64,000 bases of DNA from positions 372,001-436,000 of the forward strand of contig OZ287710.1 in the NCBI GenBank assembly GCA_965649825.1. Direction: 5' to 3'. Shown here piece by piece: positions 48,967 through 61,605 of this stretch. The notes under the pieces were generated by a model. The model was not told the origin of the DNA and did not search any database. It saw only the letters and a program-made list of their open reading frames with translations. The position numbers were made by a program, and so were the translations under genes. Position 1 is the stretch's first letter; each line of letters opens with the position of its first letter. Source of the DNA: Penicillus capitatus. Lineage: Eukaryota > Plantae > Chlorophyta.

Positions 48967-51900
48967 ATGATGGATGGGAAGGGATACTCGAAGCTCTTTG
49001 CCTTTTCGAATGACAACGAGGCTTTCTCCGTCGATCTCTTTCGAGGCGGATTCAATCTGGATGATTTCCTCTCCGCTCTGTGTCGAGAAACAACGGCGGA
49101 AAAGGAAGAAGGCACTTCAGTGGAGAATTCGCTCCATCCATTAAACAAGACGACAGCCACGAAGGAGAAAATCATCAAGCTCCTTGAAGATTTCAGAAAG
49201 TGGTGGACCTGTTAGAGTTTGAGTAGACTTGCAGCAGAGACTGAATGCAGAACAGAGTCGAGGTTGAGGAAATTGCATCAGAATGTGACAGAGCAGCTTC
49301 ATGAGGCACAGTCTCAATTGGAAGCGGAACAAGAGCAGTACAAGGTGCATTTGATGCAACAATGGCAAGAGAACAAACTGCGTTTCCAAGGGTGTGGTGG
49401 AAGTGATCGATCGACAGTTTGCAGATCTGCGTCGAGACTTCTCAGTGGTGGACACCAAGATTACTAACTTTGGGCAGATTGGTGCACGGATCGGAGAGCG
49501 TTTAAAAGTGTGTTCATGTTCAACTGTAACACTGTCTACTTTTCGTGTGCTCTAGCGTTCGTCTGAGAGACAGACACGCGCCGAGAATGCGTTGGAATTG
49601 ATCAAGTATCTTGAAGATTTTAGCGGCGTGAAAGGTATGCAGGAACAGATGGATTTGTGGGAGGCTAATCGAGGATGCCTGTGTGTTATTCTAGGAAAGG
49701 ATGACTTCTCTTCTCTGCCGAGAATCTTCACTGATGACAGCTGTCTTCCTCAAGCTGCCGTGCGACCGTTCATAAAATCATTCTGCTGTCAGATTGGATG
49801 TGTTCGTGTAGGAGGTGGCACAGAAACTGCTCCGTTTAACATCGGAATTGCTTTCTGCAAAAGCACGTCTGAATGAGAACTCCACTACACCGCCGGAGAT
49901 TGGTTCGCTTGAGTATTCTATAAAGGCCTTACAGGAATACTGCAATCATCTGGAGAATCGTGTTGTCAGTCGTTTCGACTTTTGTACCAATGCGAAAGAT
50001 GAGCAAGGAATGAAAGAGTGTGCAGACATTATGGCCAAGCTCGATAAGGAGACGATCCTGGTTCAGGTATCTCCTGTGCTGGATCAACATGTTTGGAAGG
50101 CTTGTCTGAATTGCTAGAGGTACATCTGCTCACGACCGATGTTTATTGACTTGAAGGAAGTACAGAGGAATCAGAGCAGTTCGATAGCAATGATGGATCT
50201 TCAGGTTTGCATTCGCTCATACAGAGAAGGATAAACACTTCATCGGGCTGTGTTCTGCAGACAATGTACAGAGAGATTCTCACAACTGTTAAGCATGAAG
50301 CGCAGGTCGTTGAATCCGTCTTTCCATCTTCGCACCGTGCCATGGAGGTGTTTCTGCAAAGGTGATCAAAATCCATCGCTCTCTGTCTCGTGAGCATATC
50401 TCTCACTGATGTCGACATGATGGGTAACAGGGTGCTGGAGCAGAGAGTGCGATCAGCATTAGATGCGATTCTTGTGGAACCTGAAGATGGTGCCGAGCCA
50501 GAAGAGATCAGAGATTTTATCAGGTTTGCCAAAACAGACTCGAAATGATGAGTCAGCTAGCTCACACCGAAATGAACAGATTGGTCGCTCAAGTTTACGA
50601 GAAAACACACACCCTGGCGATTAATCTCGAAAGAGTGACAGCGGATCATCTTGATCTGATTGAGCTGTGTGATGGACTCGTTTCTGAGTACATTGGCAAT
50701 TACCCTCAGATCGAACTCGATTGGCTGGCACAGATGAAACGGAAACAGGTCGAATGGGTTCCATACACACCATCTTCACATGAATGTGACACTTACCGTA
50801 TCATTGCAGGATTCTCTGTCTCCTGAAGGAGCTCTGGATGTCAATGCCATCATGATCTTTATTGAATGGAATAAGGAAGCTGTACAGAGGTACGTCATGT
50901 TCACGAGATCTGTCGCCTGACAGTCATGAGTGACCAGATGCAAGGCTTTGAGTTCACAGAATCTCGTTGCTCCCCGTGTGAGACAGATCTTTCATTCGAG
51001 TACGTACTACGAAGCAAACCTCGGTTGCCTGTTGGAGCAAGCAGCTCGGTGAGTGCATTTATTCTTCCGCATCTTGTACGAAATTCAAACGTCTCAAGGC
51101 ACATAATGAAAGGACTGAGGAGAAGCTTTGAGCAGTACGAAAGCAACTCGACTGCCCTCATCTCATCCAACACAATCCCTGATCTCTCTAACAAAGCGAT
51201 ATCGACAGCAGCACAGAATCTGGTCGATCGTGGGGTATGTTATATAGATGTCGCAGGATGACTGCCTGATGGGTGTCCAATTTTGCAGATTGGTCACACT
51301 TTTCTGGCTGTCAGTCAAGCAACACAGATGATAGAACATCTTCAGATGCACTACAAGACAAACATCGAAGGTTACGTGGCATCCTCAGTGACAGAATCAG
51401 CCGCGTGTAATTCTGGACTGTTGACGCTGATTCGTGCCATCGAGGAGAAAGTACTGGAAGGTCTCGACAACGGACTGCGTCTTTTCTTTGGACAGGTGAA
51501 TTGTCGGTGAAATCTAAGAAACCAGTTGCTTCCCTGCAGCTATTTTCAGATCGAAAGGGTGCTGTCAGCAGAGCAGAAGAAGAATGAATATCGGCCAAAT
51601 GCCGGAACAATGATGGTTTTTGATCGCCCGACAGTTGCCTGCCAGCTTGTCTGTGCTCTTCTGGATGCCATGAGACTCGGCGCTTCTCAAAACATTAAGC
51701 AACCCAATCTTGGTGCATTCTTGGAAGAGGTCATCCCACATCTTTCTGGCTGCCTGCTAATCCATCTTTCTGTACAGGCCGGCTACGAAGCCAGTGCTTG
51801 TCTTTCTCTTCATATCACACGGTTTACCTTCTCTCCGGCAGGGGCCTTACGTTTGAAGAGAGACATGGCTGCTTATATTGACACAATCCGAGAATTTGAG

Positions 51901-52175
51901 TCCACTGAGACACTAACTCAATTCGAAACACTTCAACAACTCGTAAATGTCTTCATCGTTGCTCCAGAGAGTCTCGTTGGGTGAATCTTATCATGCTCAT
52001 GTTCACTTACACTGGCCAACACTTATGTTGTCTCAGTTTGGTGGATGGCAGTCTGCGTATGAGCCACAAGGATGCTCTGAAGTACGTCCAATTGAGGGAA
52101 GATTTCAAAACGGCGAGAGTCGATGGCCATTCATTGGCACAGCTCTTTGCATCGGAAATGAACGAGTTCGATTAG
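48967..52175 (+). CDS. SEC10: Exocyst component Sec10 (EXOC5)
   Basis: VDLFRGGFNLDDFL, ELIKYLEDF, LENRVVSRFD, DRPTVAC, FSPAGALRLKRDM, VNVFIVAPESL, QLREDFKTA. Confidence 0.88.
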
Positions 52176-52392
52176 AGTACAAAGTATTCAGGTCGCAACG
52201 TATAATGATTAAAGAACACCGTCTCCATTTCAATGCCGTGATTCAACAGCCTTCATTCCACAGGCTGTTCGTTCACAATTGAATTCTTGTAGTTGCCCTG
52301 ATCAAAGTGTCCATATGGCTCAGGGCGCACAAAAACAGTACAGGGAGCATTTCCCTCTTCAAGGAGGAAATGCACTTCTTGCCTGTTGAACC

Positions 52393-54167
52393 CTAATTCA
52401 AATCTGATTGACAGGAGTCAACCACTTCAGACACAAGGCTTTGCAGAAATGCGACTTGTGCACTGCTCGAATCCATCTTATTGTCTTCAAACCCAGTAAT
52501 CTGCGATTGCACGTCATTCTGGCTCTCTGAATCCTGAAGTGCTTGCGATGCTGTCATGCAAGCAAGGTTGATGCCTTCTTCGTAGCGCTGAATGCTGTTC
52601 AGGTTCAGTTTGGATGGTGCATAGACAGCTTGCGCATAGAAGAACGCAGTTGTCAGTGCCACAACAACAATCGTCACAATCCACCCGACAAACACTTTGA
52701 GAAGCAAAGGCAGATTAATCCCTCGTCGTCCTTCCACTAGACCCACTGCAGTCGTTGATCCCACCTAGACCCCATTCATGCTGATTGCTCGAGGCAGTCT
52801 GTCCGTGGCATTACTTGACAGTGGGTTGTGGATAATGGAATGCCATAGATGGATCCAAATGCGATCACGGTGGCTGTGGCAAACTCCATGGCGAATCCTC
52901 TAGCCGGGGAAATCTTCACCAATTTCACCCCGATGGCACGAATGATGGTGTGTCCATATATCGCCAGTCCTATCACGATACCGCCGCCTCCAAGCACCAG
53001 AATCCACATAGGCACACTGGAGTTCTCTGCTACACGTCCATGGCGATAGACGCTATAAACAGCTGCTAAGGGACCAATAGAATTGGCAACATCGTTTGCT
53101 CCGTGCGCAAAGGAAACACATGCAGCCGTGAAGACCTGTAGATAGGAGAAGCAACGCTCTGTCGAAGCATCAAATATTTCAGACTGTTGATGGACGGCAT
53201 TCACTGTTTCATCTGACTCTATGACACCATGCACATCGGTCTCTAGTGTCTTTGCTGCCAGAGACAGATACGAAGAAGAGGCCTCTGCGTCCTTTTCTGG
53301 GTTTCTGAGTGCAGGAGAGACGGACATCTCACTATCATTTGTCTGCACCAGAGTCTGTCTGTCTTCCACGGCAGATCTTTTCTTCAACCAGGGAATAAAC
53401 TTCCACCAAAGCAGCACGGCTACGGTGATGCTGACAGACCATGCGATAAGACTTGACCATCCAAATCCCAAGACGTCGGATATTGATTCCTTTTTGCCAT
53501 GGTGATGAACTTTCTTCTTGTCAAACCCAACCAGACAAATGTAGTAGACGTTTATCAGACATGCCAGGCCCACAAGGAATGGGAAGAATGTCAGAGATTT
53601 TTCGAACGATCTTTCTGCACGAAGAATGAATGTTCGAACAAACAAGAAGAGACCGACTGCCAGACATCCAGCCAGAATTGGACTGGTGAGCCACGATGCA
53701 ATGATGGGGACGACCCCTTCGAATTTGTCCAGTCCAGATTTAGAGCCGTCGTATTCAAACCACTGGACAGCACTCCACCCATGAGCAACCAATGTGAACC
53801 CAATGACGCCTCCGATGGTGGAATGGGTGGTAGAAACCGGAAGCTCGAGGTAACAGGCGAGTAGAAGCCAGAGGCCGGTGGCTGCAATGACACACATCAT
53901 ACCATACATCAAGAGCTCTGGCTGAGCATCAAATCGCTTTGTATCGACCAGTCCATGCGATACCGTTTTGGTAACGTCCGCTCCGAGGAGAACGGCACCG
54001 GCGAATTCAAAGACGGCAGCGATGGCGACTGCCTGCACTAAGGTGACAGATTTTGCGCCGACGGACGTCGCAAATGCATTGGCCACATCATTGGCACCGA
54101 TGCCAAAAGAGGTAAAGAAAGCAAAGAAGATGCTTGCTATGAGTATCCAGAGGTAATCGTTCCACAT
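52393..54167 (-). CDS. PiT-family (PHO4 / PTB-type) Na+/phosphate symporter
   Basis: FGIGANDVANAFATSVG, ELPVSTTHS, SFAHGANDVANSIGP, GIPLSTTHCQ. One intron. Confidence 0.95.
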
Positions 54168-54404
54168 GGTTCGTGCGCAGCTGTGAATCGCTACAGGTGA
54201 GGTGAAGAATGATGGGACGTTGCTCTTGCCGCCACCCACCGATCTGAACAGGAATATTCGCGCCTGATCGCGCCGACAAAGAAATTTCCAACATGCGAGC
54301 CATGTTTTTACATTGGACAATGAAGTGCAGAAAGTCGACTTTTAGTATCAAACGATGATCGGAATCTGACTTTATGACATACCGAATAGAAAGCGATTAT
54401 GATT

Positions 54405-55682
54405 CTACAGAGCTAACAACTTCTGTAGTTCACCAAGATTTCGTGGTTGGTGTCCAAGAGCCTCTTCCATTTTCTGACGCGTCTTTCTAAACGGAACAGC
54501 ATCGTCATGTAACATGGGAAACAAGAAGAGTGGAGCGCGTACTTCATGACAAGAGGAAATTCCATGTAGGTGGCCTTCATGTCTAACCATGTCTTGTCCA
54601 AAAGAGCAAACATGATGCAGAACAAATGGGAAAAGAGGTTTTCTTCGACATCGAGCAGCCGAAGGAATCCTCGTATATGAGATGTGTTTCGAGTCTGAGA
54701 AGGATCTCTCAGTTGCAGCATTTCTGTGAGAGTGAATGTGAGATTGACACCAGCCACTGCAAAGGGATATTCCCATTCTGCCCTTACTCCATCGCTCTTG
54801 TTCATGAGCTTTTTAAACAGGACAGGGCGCAGGTGATGTAGATCCAACAACGATTCCAGAGCCAGCAGGCCTCCACCGCGAAAATCTGTTGCGGGATCCA
54901 TCCCCTGCGCGGCAATGAGATCGGCAGTCGTATGCAAGCATGACTTGCCTGCCATCCCATCTCTGTCCACTGGGCAGACTTCTGCCCATTCCATGGAGTA
55001 TCGGGAAATGCAGCATGCCACAGCTCCTTTAGTGCATTAACGTGTTCTTTTGAATCACTGTCAAAGGGAATCTGGCATTGATACCACAGAGCCCTAAGTC
55101 TTTCTTCCTGAAACACAAATAGCAGCCCCCATTACCAGCAGTCCTTACTGGATTTTGTTTGTACTTGGTTATCTGTCAAGCTTTGCTGTTTAAATGGAAA
55201 AATAGCAGCCAGCAGCGCAGCTACACGGCATAACACCTTTCTCGTCAAATCTAAGAGTGAGAGAAGAGGACATCGGAATCCAACCGACAGATGTGCTAGT
55301 GGGAGACAACAAGGCAAGAGGAGTCCGTACCGACGATGATTTTCCATGCGGCGGTGATGGCATCGCACAGTTTATTTTGTCCTTGCTCGACATCTTTTGG
55401 TGTGCTTGTCTCTTTGCCGCTTTTATATGCATACTTGTCACTGGCTCCAGGATGTAGTTCCTCCTGAAGCAGAGGCGCGCGGACATCCGATTCTAAAAAT
55501 CCATCCATCTCATGGACGCAGACAGCGTCTCTGTTAACAACGCACTTGCGGTTGAATCGACTCCGAAGCTCATGAAGAACGAGATTATTACGTGACTGAC
55601 TCAGCGCCGAGACGAAGGAAGTCGTATGCGGTATCCACGCGTCCATATACGGTTCATCTACGGTCGGATGCAGGACAGCCAT
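54405..55682 (-). CDS. ELMO-domain (ELMOD) protein
   Basis: WTEMGWQGMDPATDFRGGGLLALE, WEYPFAVAGVNLT, WLDMKATYMEFP. Confidence 0.9.
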
Positions 55683-55836
55683 TTTCTGAATGGCTGACTG
55701 ATCCGATCCATCGAGCTTTCTTGTACAGGAGGTTGTTCATCTAATTGTTGGCGAAAGCACGCCATCCACATGGCTTCATCAAAAACGTACTTCAACCTTC
55801 GTCGGATTGAAATGGGAGGCGAGTCATGAAGCAGTC

Positions 55837-58550
55837 ATGAACTTCATGACGATACGCTGTTGCACAGACGAGGAGTCGGCATCCAGTGAAGAAGAAGCGT
55901 TGTCTGACGTGGATGACAGCAACATTCCCAACAAGAAAGTTATTATCCTTGGGGCCGGCGTGGCTGGAATCTCTGCTGCGTTGTTCTTAAAGGCACGCCC
56001 TACCATTTCGGTCTTTCTGTTCGAACACGACCTGTGTGATGTAGAAGCACAATGTTGATGCGGTGGTGTTGGAAGGGCGCGATCGAATTGGTGGGCGAAT
56101 TTACACAGACTATCACAGCTTTAGTGCTCCAGTCGATCTCGGGGCTTTCATCATCACTGGTACTCAATGATGTGATGCAGGTTATTGTCAGATGGGAAAC
56201 GACACGTAGGTGCGGATCCAGACCCGAGTCGAAACAGCGCATGTGATCCGTGTGGACCCATATCGCGCCATTTTGGTCTGGGACTGCATTACCTAGACAG
56301 TCGAACATTACCCATCTATCATGAAGTGTACAAGCAGACACCCATTCCACATGACATCGACAGAAAAAGTGCATTGTACGTGTCTTTCGCATTGTTCTGG
56401 GCTTAAACATGTCATAGATTGTTTGATCGCATTCTGGATGGTATCGCTGACCTGCAATCAGACAGTGAGGATGTGGTCGTTGCTGTCGATGATGCTCGCA
56501 GTCTGGGAGAACTGTTCACTCAATGTGTTGAGGAGTACGTTGACAAGATCGAGATGCCCAAGGAGCAGACCTCTCTAACGGATACTCATCATATTCTTGG
56601 CAGTACCATAGATACCAGTGATCTTGAACTGGTGGAGGATATACATGGCGTCAAGACTCCAACATCATCAACTTTAAAACAGAAGCGATCAACTGGTGTG
56701 GACGATGATCCAGATCCTCCAGCCAAACAGGAAAGAGATCCAAGCCCAATCAGAAAGAAGCTCAAAATCACATGTAGAGGACAGAAAGATGTCGTTCTGG
56801 ATGTTTACACAAAGAGCAAGACATCCTCCGAAAGTGCAACACAATCACCACAGGGTGTCAAAACAATGTCATTAGCACAACTGTGCCCGGCAGAGAAAAT
56901 GAAGAAAATGCAAGAACTGAAAGAACCTGCACAGATCAAGGACTCGAAACCAGCGCAACAAAAAAGCGACAAAGCAAAGGCCACAGATATGCACAAAGAG
57001 AGTCCAAAAATGAGCAATATTCGAAGAGGTCTGCTCTTAAGGCCAAATCTATGAGTTCTATGTTTGTACTTAATGTTCCGTTTCAGGGCGTGGGCGACCT
57101 CCCAAGAATCCATTGACCCAACCGAAGATCGACTTTGGAAATGGTCAAGAGACAAAGCAATCGCACCATCTAACTCCAGCAGGTCGAATGCACACATGTC
57201 CCTCTAAAGATCCAAATACTGGCAGTACTAGATCCTGCTGCCAAAGTGGATGTCGTGATGTGGCACAAAGCTCATCTGGAGTATGGATGCGGAACTTCCT
57301 TGAGCAACTTGAGCAGTGTACACTGGAATCAGGATGAAGACTATGGCGGCTTTAATGGCAGACATGCCATCGTGAAAGGTGTGGCAGCACGAGACAGAGC
57401 AAATTCTATCGACTGACGGTCTCCCTCTGCAGGTGGATTGGCACCCCTTCTTGAAAGATTGAGCATTGGACTCGATATCAGATTAGAGATGATAGTAAAC
57501 AACGTAGCCTACGGTTCGGATGGTGTTCGAGTGACATGTCAAAATGGTAGTGATCTCAGCACATCGAATAACAGGGAATGGATGGTGTTTAGGCGATGTG
57601 TTTGAGGGTGGATGCGTGATCTGTACCCTTCCTTTGGGCGTATTGAAGTCCACAACAGTTACATTCACTCCTCCATTGCCTGCCTGGAAGGAGAGTGCCA
57701 TCAAGAGCATTGGATTTGGAAACCTTAATAAAGTGGTGCTCGAATTTCAATCTGTTTTTTGGGATGCATCCATCGACTATTTTGGCATTGTGCCTAAACC
57801 AAGTCGTCCTTCGGAGAAGACGCATACGTCTGAGCCTGCATCCAACCACAGCTTTTCTTCGTCCAGCACTCCAGGAGCCACATCTGTCGAGAGTCAGTAT
57901 GAGACTGCTGGATTCTGTTTCATGTGGTGCACGGCATATCGTTACACAGGCAAGCCCCTTCTGACAGGCATCGTTTCTGGAAGTATGGCAGACAAGGTCC
58001 AGATATCTAATCTACCTTCCTCTGTCAGCTGTGGCATTGAGGTCTGTCTGCCTTATCAGGTCGAAGAGATGAGTGAAGACAATGTCATTCAGATGGCTTT
58101 GAGCAATCTTTCCTCTGTCTTTGGCGACTGTGTTGCCTCTCTCTTTCTTCGTGGAAAAATGACACGTTGGAAATCGGATGTCTTCTCCAGAGGATGCTAC
58201 ACCTATGTCCCTGTGGGCATGAGTGGCAAGGGATATGAGAATCTCGGCCACCCGATTCTGGGGCATGGATTTGGCGTTCTGTTTGGAGGAGAGCACACAA
58301 ACAAGCAACATCCAGACACCATTGGAGGCGCCATGATCACAGGTGTGTCTCGAACGCCTCCTTTCTGTTAATGCTGTGTGGTATGCCAGGCGTCCGCGAA
58401 GGAAAGAGGGCACTGCACTTGTTGTACGGTCCTGATGCCGCAAAGAGGAAGGTGCAGGTGCCGTCCGTACAGAGGGCTCGTGATCAAGATGCATCTGAGC
58501 TTCTATTTAAAGAAGCAGAGGCAGAGATTGTCCGCCTGCACAGAAATTGA
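55837..58550 (+). CDS. LSD1/LDL3-like flavin amine oxidase (putative histone demethylase), no SWIRM seen
   Basis: [58 protein letters not shown] (catalytic Lys), [14 protein letters not shown]. Confidence 0.85.
55993..56044 (+). other. GC-AG intron (52 nt)
   Basis: Donor AAG/GCACGC. Splicing is needed to join ALFLK to [18 protein letters not shown]. Confidence 0.8.
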
Positions 58551-58716
58551 AGGCATCTGCTCGCTGTTCGCGTTTTTTGGTATCATGATTTTACTTTTAA
58601 AGCCTCATCGCTCGTTACCGAGGCGGAGTTATTATTCAATACACGATTGTCAACGGTTGACATGTGGCTGTTGATGTGACAGTGGACTTGAGCACATTGC
58701 ATCTTTCCATCGCGTC

Positions 58717-59970
58717 ATGGACTCTGTCGATCGCAAGCGACAGAATTCGGCAAAGTATCCATTCCCTTTAACGATCTTGGACCCCAATCGAACTCCATTG
58801 GCTTAGATCCACAGAAGATGACAATCTCGAACAGCTCACTTCTGAGGACAATCCTTCTACTGACGACGATATGTCGAAGGATAAAGAGAGTGCGTCTATG
58901 GACGAAGTAGCAGACGGCCCTGACGATTCAAAGATATCAGACGAAGAGATTGATGCCTCCTTCGGCTTCTTCGATCCATCTGATAAAGACTTCCATTCAC
59001 TAAATGAACTGCTCAAGCAGCAGTTTAAGGACATTGAGGAGTTGACGGTTCCGGAATTGACAGAGACAATCATTCGCCAGGCAGGATCATGAGGGCATTG
59101 TCGGCTATACCTACTTTTCTGCTGTTCGACAGAGCACAGTTGGAAGTGTGGTTCGATGCGAAGAGAGCGACGATGATGGTTTCGTCTTGGGTCTTATTTC
59201 GGTGCTGAATTTTGATCGGTACAAGGACCTGAAGTGCCTAAAGCAATTGATTTCTCATATCTTGAACCAGTGTGAAGATGTCGCAAAGAAACACGTCTTT
59301 GAACAGGTGCTTCTTTCATCTGTTGGCTTAGGGATGGGAATTTCTGCACACAGGTCATGCACTCTTCGAAAGCTGGCTTAATTATCAACGAACGCCTCCT
59401 GAATATGCCACCAAAAATCGGACCGCCACTCAACCAGTCGCTGTTTGAAGAAATTAGCTGGGCACAGGAAGACGAACCCACTGAGGTACATCAATTGCTG
59501 TTATCTGTGATGTGTCAGAGCAACAATCGTCTCATGCATGCACTCAGGAATTGAGAACATCGTTTAAGATGGATGCGTATGTCGTGATGACCCATGTCTA
59601 TCAAGATCCACTAACTGACCCAAAAACCGAGCATCCCTCAAAGAAGAGCAAAGTCCTGTCGGATACAGTGACAGTCCTGTGTCGAACGCTAAGTGTTTGG
59701 TCAGGTCGTTGGACCGACAGGCTACATCTATGTCAAGCCAGAAGATGAGTTCTATCACAAATTCAGCAAAGAATGGTTCGTCATTCCGCGTCCTGACTCG
59801 GAGAGCAACACCGAAGGACTGAAATCTTACCGACTCATTCTGTTCATCACACACGAGTCTGTCACTCAAGCACAGTAAGGACATCGTCTCCGTTTGCGTC
59901 TTGTCACCAGCATGGTGTCGACAGGATTGCCATGGATGCCATCGTCGGCAATCCTGCAAGCGCGATGTGA
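58717..59970 (+). CDS. BCCIP: BCCIP/BCP1 homolog
   Basis: DASFGFFDPSDKDFHSL, VLGLISVLN, LIINERLLNMPP, YVKPEDEF. Last exon inferred. Confidence 0.88.
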
Positions 59971-60014
59971 CAGTCTGTCTGTTCGCTTGCGTAGAGGAGG
60001 ACGTTTTCCAACAG

Positions 60015-61545
60015 ATGGAGGGTTCCGTCCTCGAAGAAAAGCTTCGCAAACTTCAATCGACTCAAGAAACGATTAACGCAACAGCGGATTATCTGATTGA
60101 GAACAGCGCTGAGGCCAAACGGATTGTAAGGACGTGGAATGAAGTAGGGTGCCCTCGCGATATCCTCTCTCTGCGATTGGACACTTGAATTTCAGGAGTT
60201 TACGACTTCGAGTGTCCACAAGAAGCTAACACTGCTGTATCTTGCCAATGACGTACTGCAGCGTTGCAAGACAAACGCGTTTCTCCCTGGATTTCTGCAT
60301 TACCTTCCAAAAGCAACGGCACACCTCTACAAGCACGGCGACGCGAAGATGCGTTGTGCTGTGATGCGGCTAGTTGAGGTCTGGACAGAACGAAAAGTTC
60401 TGAGGAGTCAGGGGATCGCTGCTGTCAGATCACACTTAGAAAAAGTGAAAGACACACCTCCTCCAATCGAAGAGTCCACACAAGAAGACGAATCGATGCA
60501 AGGAACCAAACGTAAGAGAGGCATACATCCCATTCAGGATTGTCAAGAAGAAGTGGAAGAAACAGCACGGCAAAGGGCAGAACTGGAACAAATGAGTGCT
60601 CAACTTGTCAACGATGTACGCATTGCTGACAGCTTCAGTCGTCGACAACAACACTCGGATATGTGGTGTGTAGAGGAAGGTGAATGAGCTGACGAAGGAA
60701 GAGCTGTTGAGGTTGAGCGCCTTTTCTGATCAGCTGTGCACCGCCGTCAAAATGGAAATTCAAGTTCGAAAAAAGATGGTGGATTTGCTGAGGGATACAT
60801 TGACAGAGCAGGTCACACAGATCCTACTACACCTGTATCTGTCCATTCATACCCAACGACATCGATATGGTGTAGGAGGAAGGCTTGAAGAACAGTAAAG
60901 AGATGTTGCGTCTGTGTTTTGTACAACAAGAGGAGATCAAGAAAGCCTCAACTCCGACAGAGAGCTTTCCGACACAGGAATCCTTCAATGGAAGAAGCTC
61001 CATGTCGATTTCAGATGAAAACAATGAAGTGGCCCTGATGCCAACGGAGGTTTCGTCATCGACAGTCAATATCTCGAATCCGAGTGCTCACAATTATCAG
61101 ACTCCTGCTCCGACCTATCCCGCCTCGCTGTTGCCGCCGTATCCGCATGCAGGACCAATGACCTATGCAAGTCATCCATCCGGACAACCAGTCCATACAT
61201 TGGCATTTCCAATGATGCATCCTGACGGGAGCGTTGAGAAATCACAAGAGCACGAGATAACGAACCCTTATCGCCGTGCGCCTCCATTTATGAGACAAGG
61301 GTACATACCAGGTACAGTGTGAGTGATTTCTTTGGACTTAACTCATTTCCTCCTCTGTCGTTGTTTAGACAGTCAGGGATTGCCGCCTGCTCCATATGAG
61401 GCACATGTCATTCATGTATGCCTATCTCCTTTCTGATGCACACTGATCACTGCCAATATAGGAAATGCGCAATCCGTATGGACCTCATTTGAACTATGGT
61501 GGGTATCCGGGACAGTACAACTCTGAGAAAGATTGGCGATCGTAG
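60015..61545 (+). CDS. CID-domain protein (RPRD1/Rtt103-like) with Pro/Tyr-rich tail
   Basis: LEEKLRKLQSTQETI, KLTLLYLANDVLQ, RLVEVWTERKV, followed by a coiled coil. Confidence 0.85.
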
Positions 61546-61605
61546 ACGATTGATTGATTTGAACATGACAAAGACTGACGCAAATTTGTTGTGTTGATGA
61601 TCGGA

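Noticed and set aside
49200-49250. Apparent in-frame TAG in SEC10 (readthrough?)
   Set aside because: Explained by a 51-nt GT-AG intron that keeps the frame.
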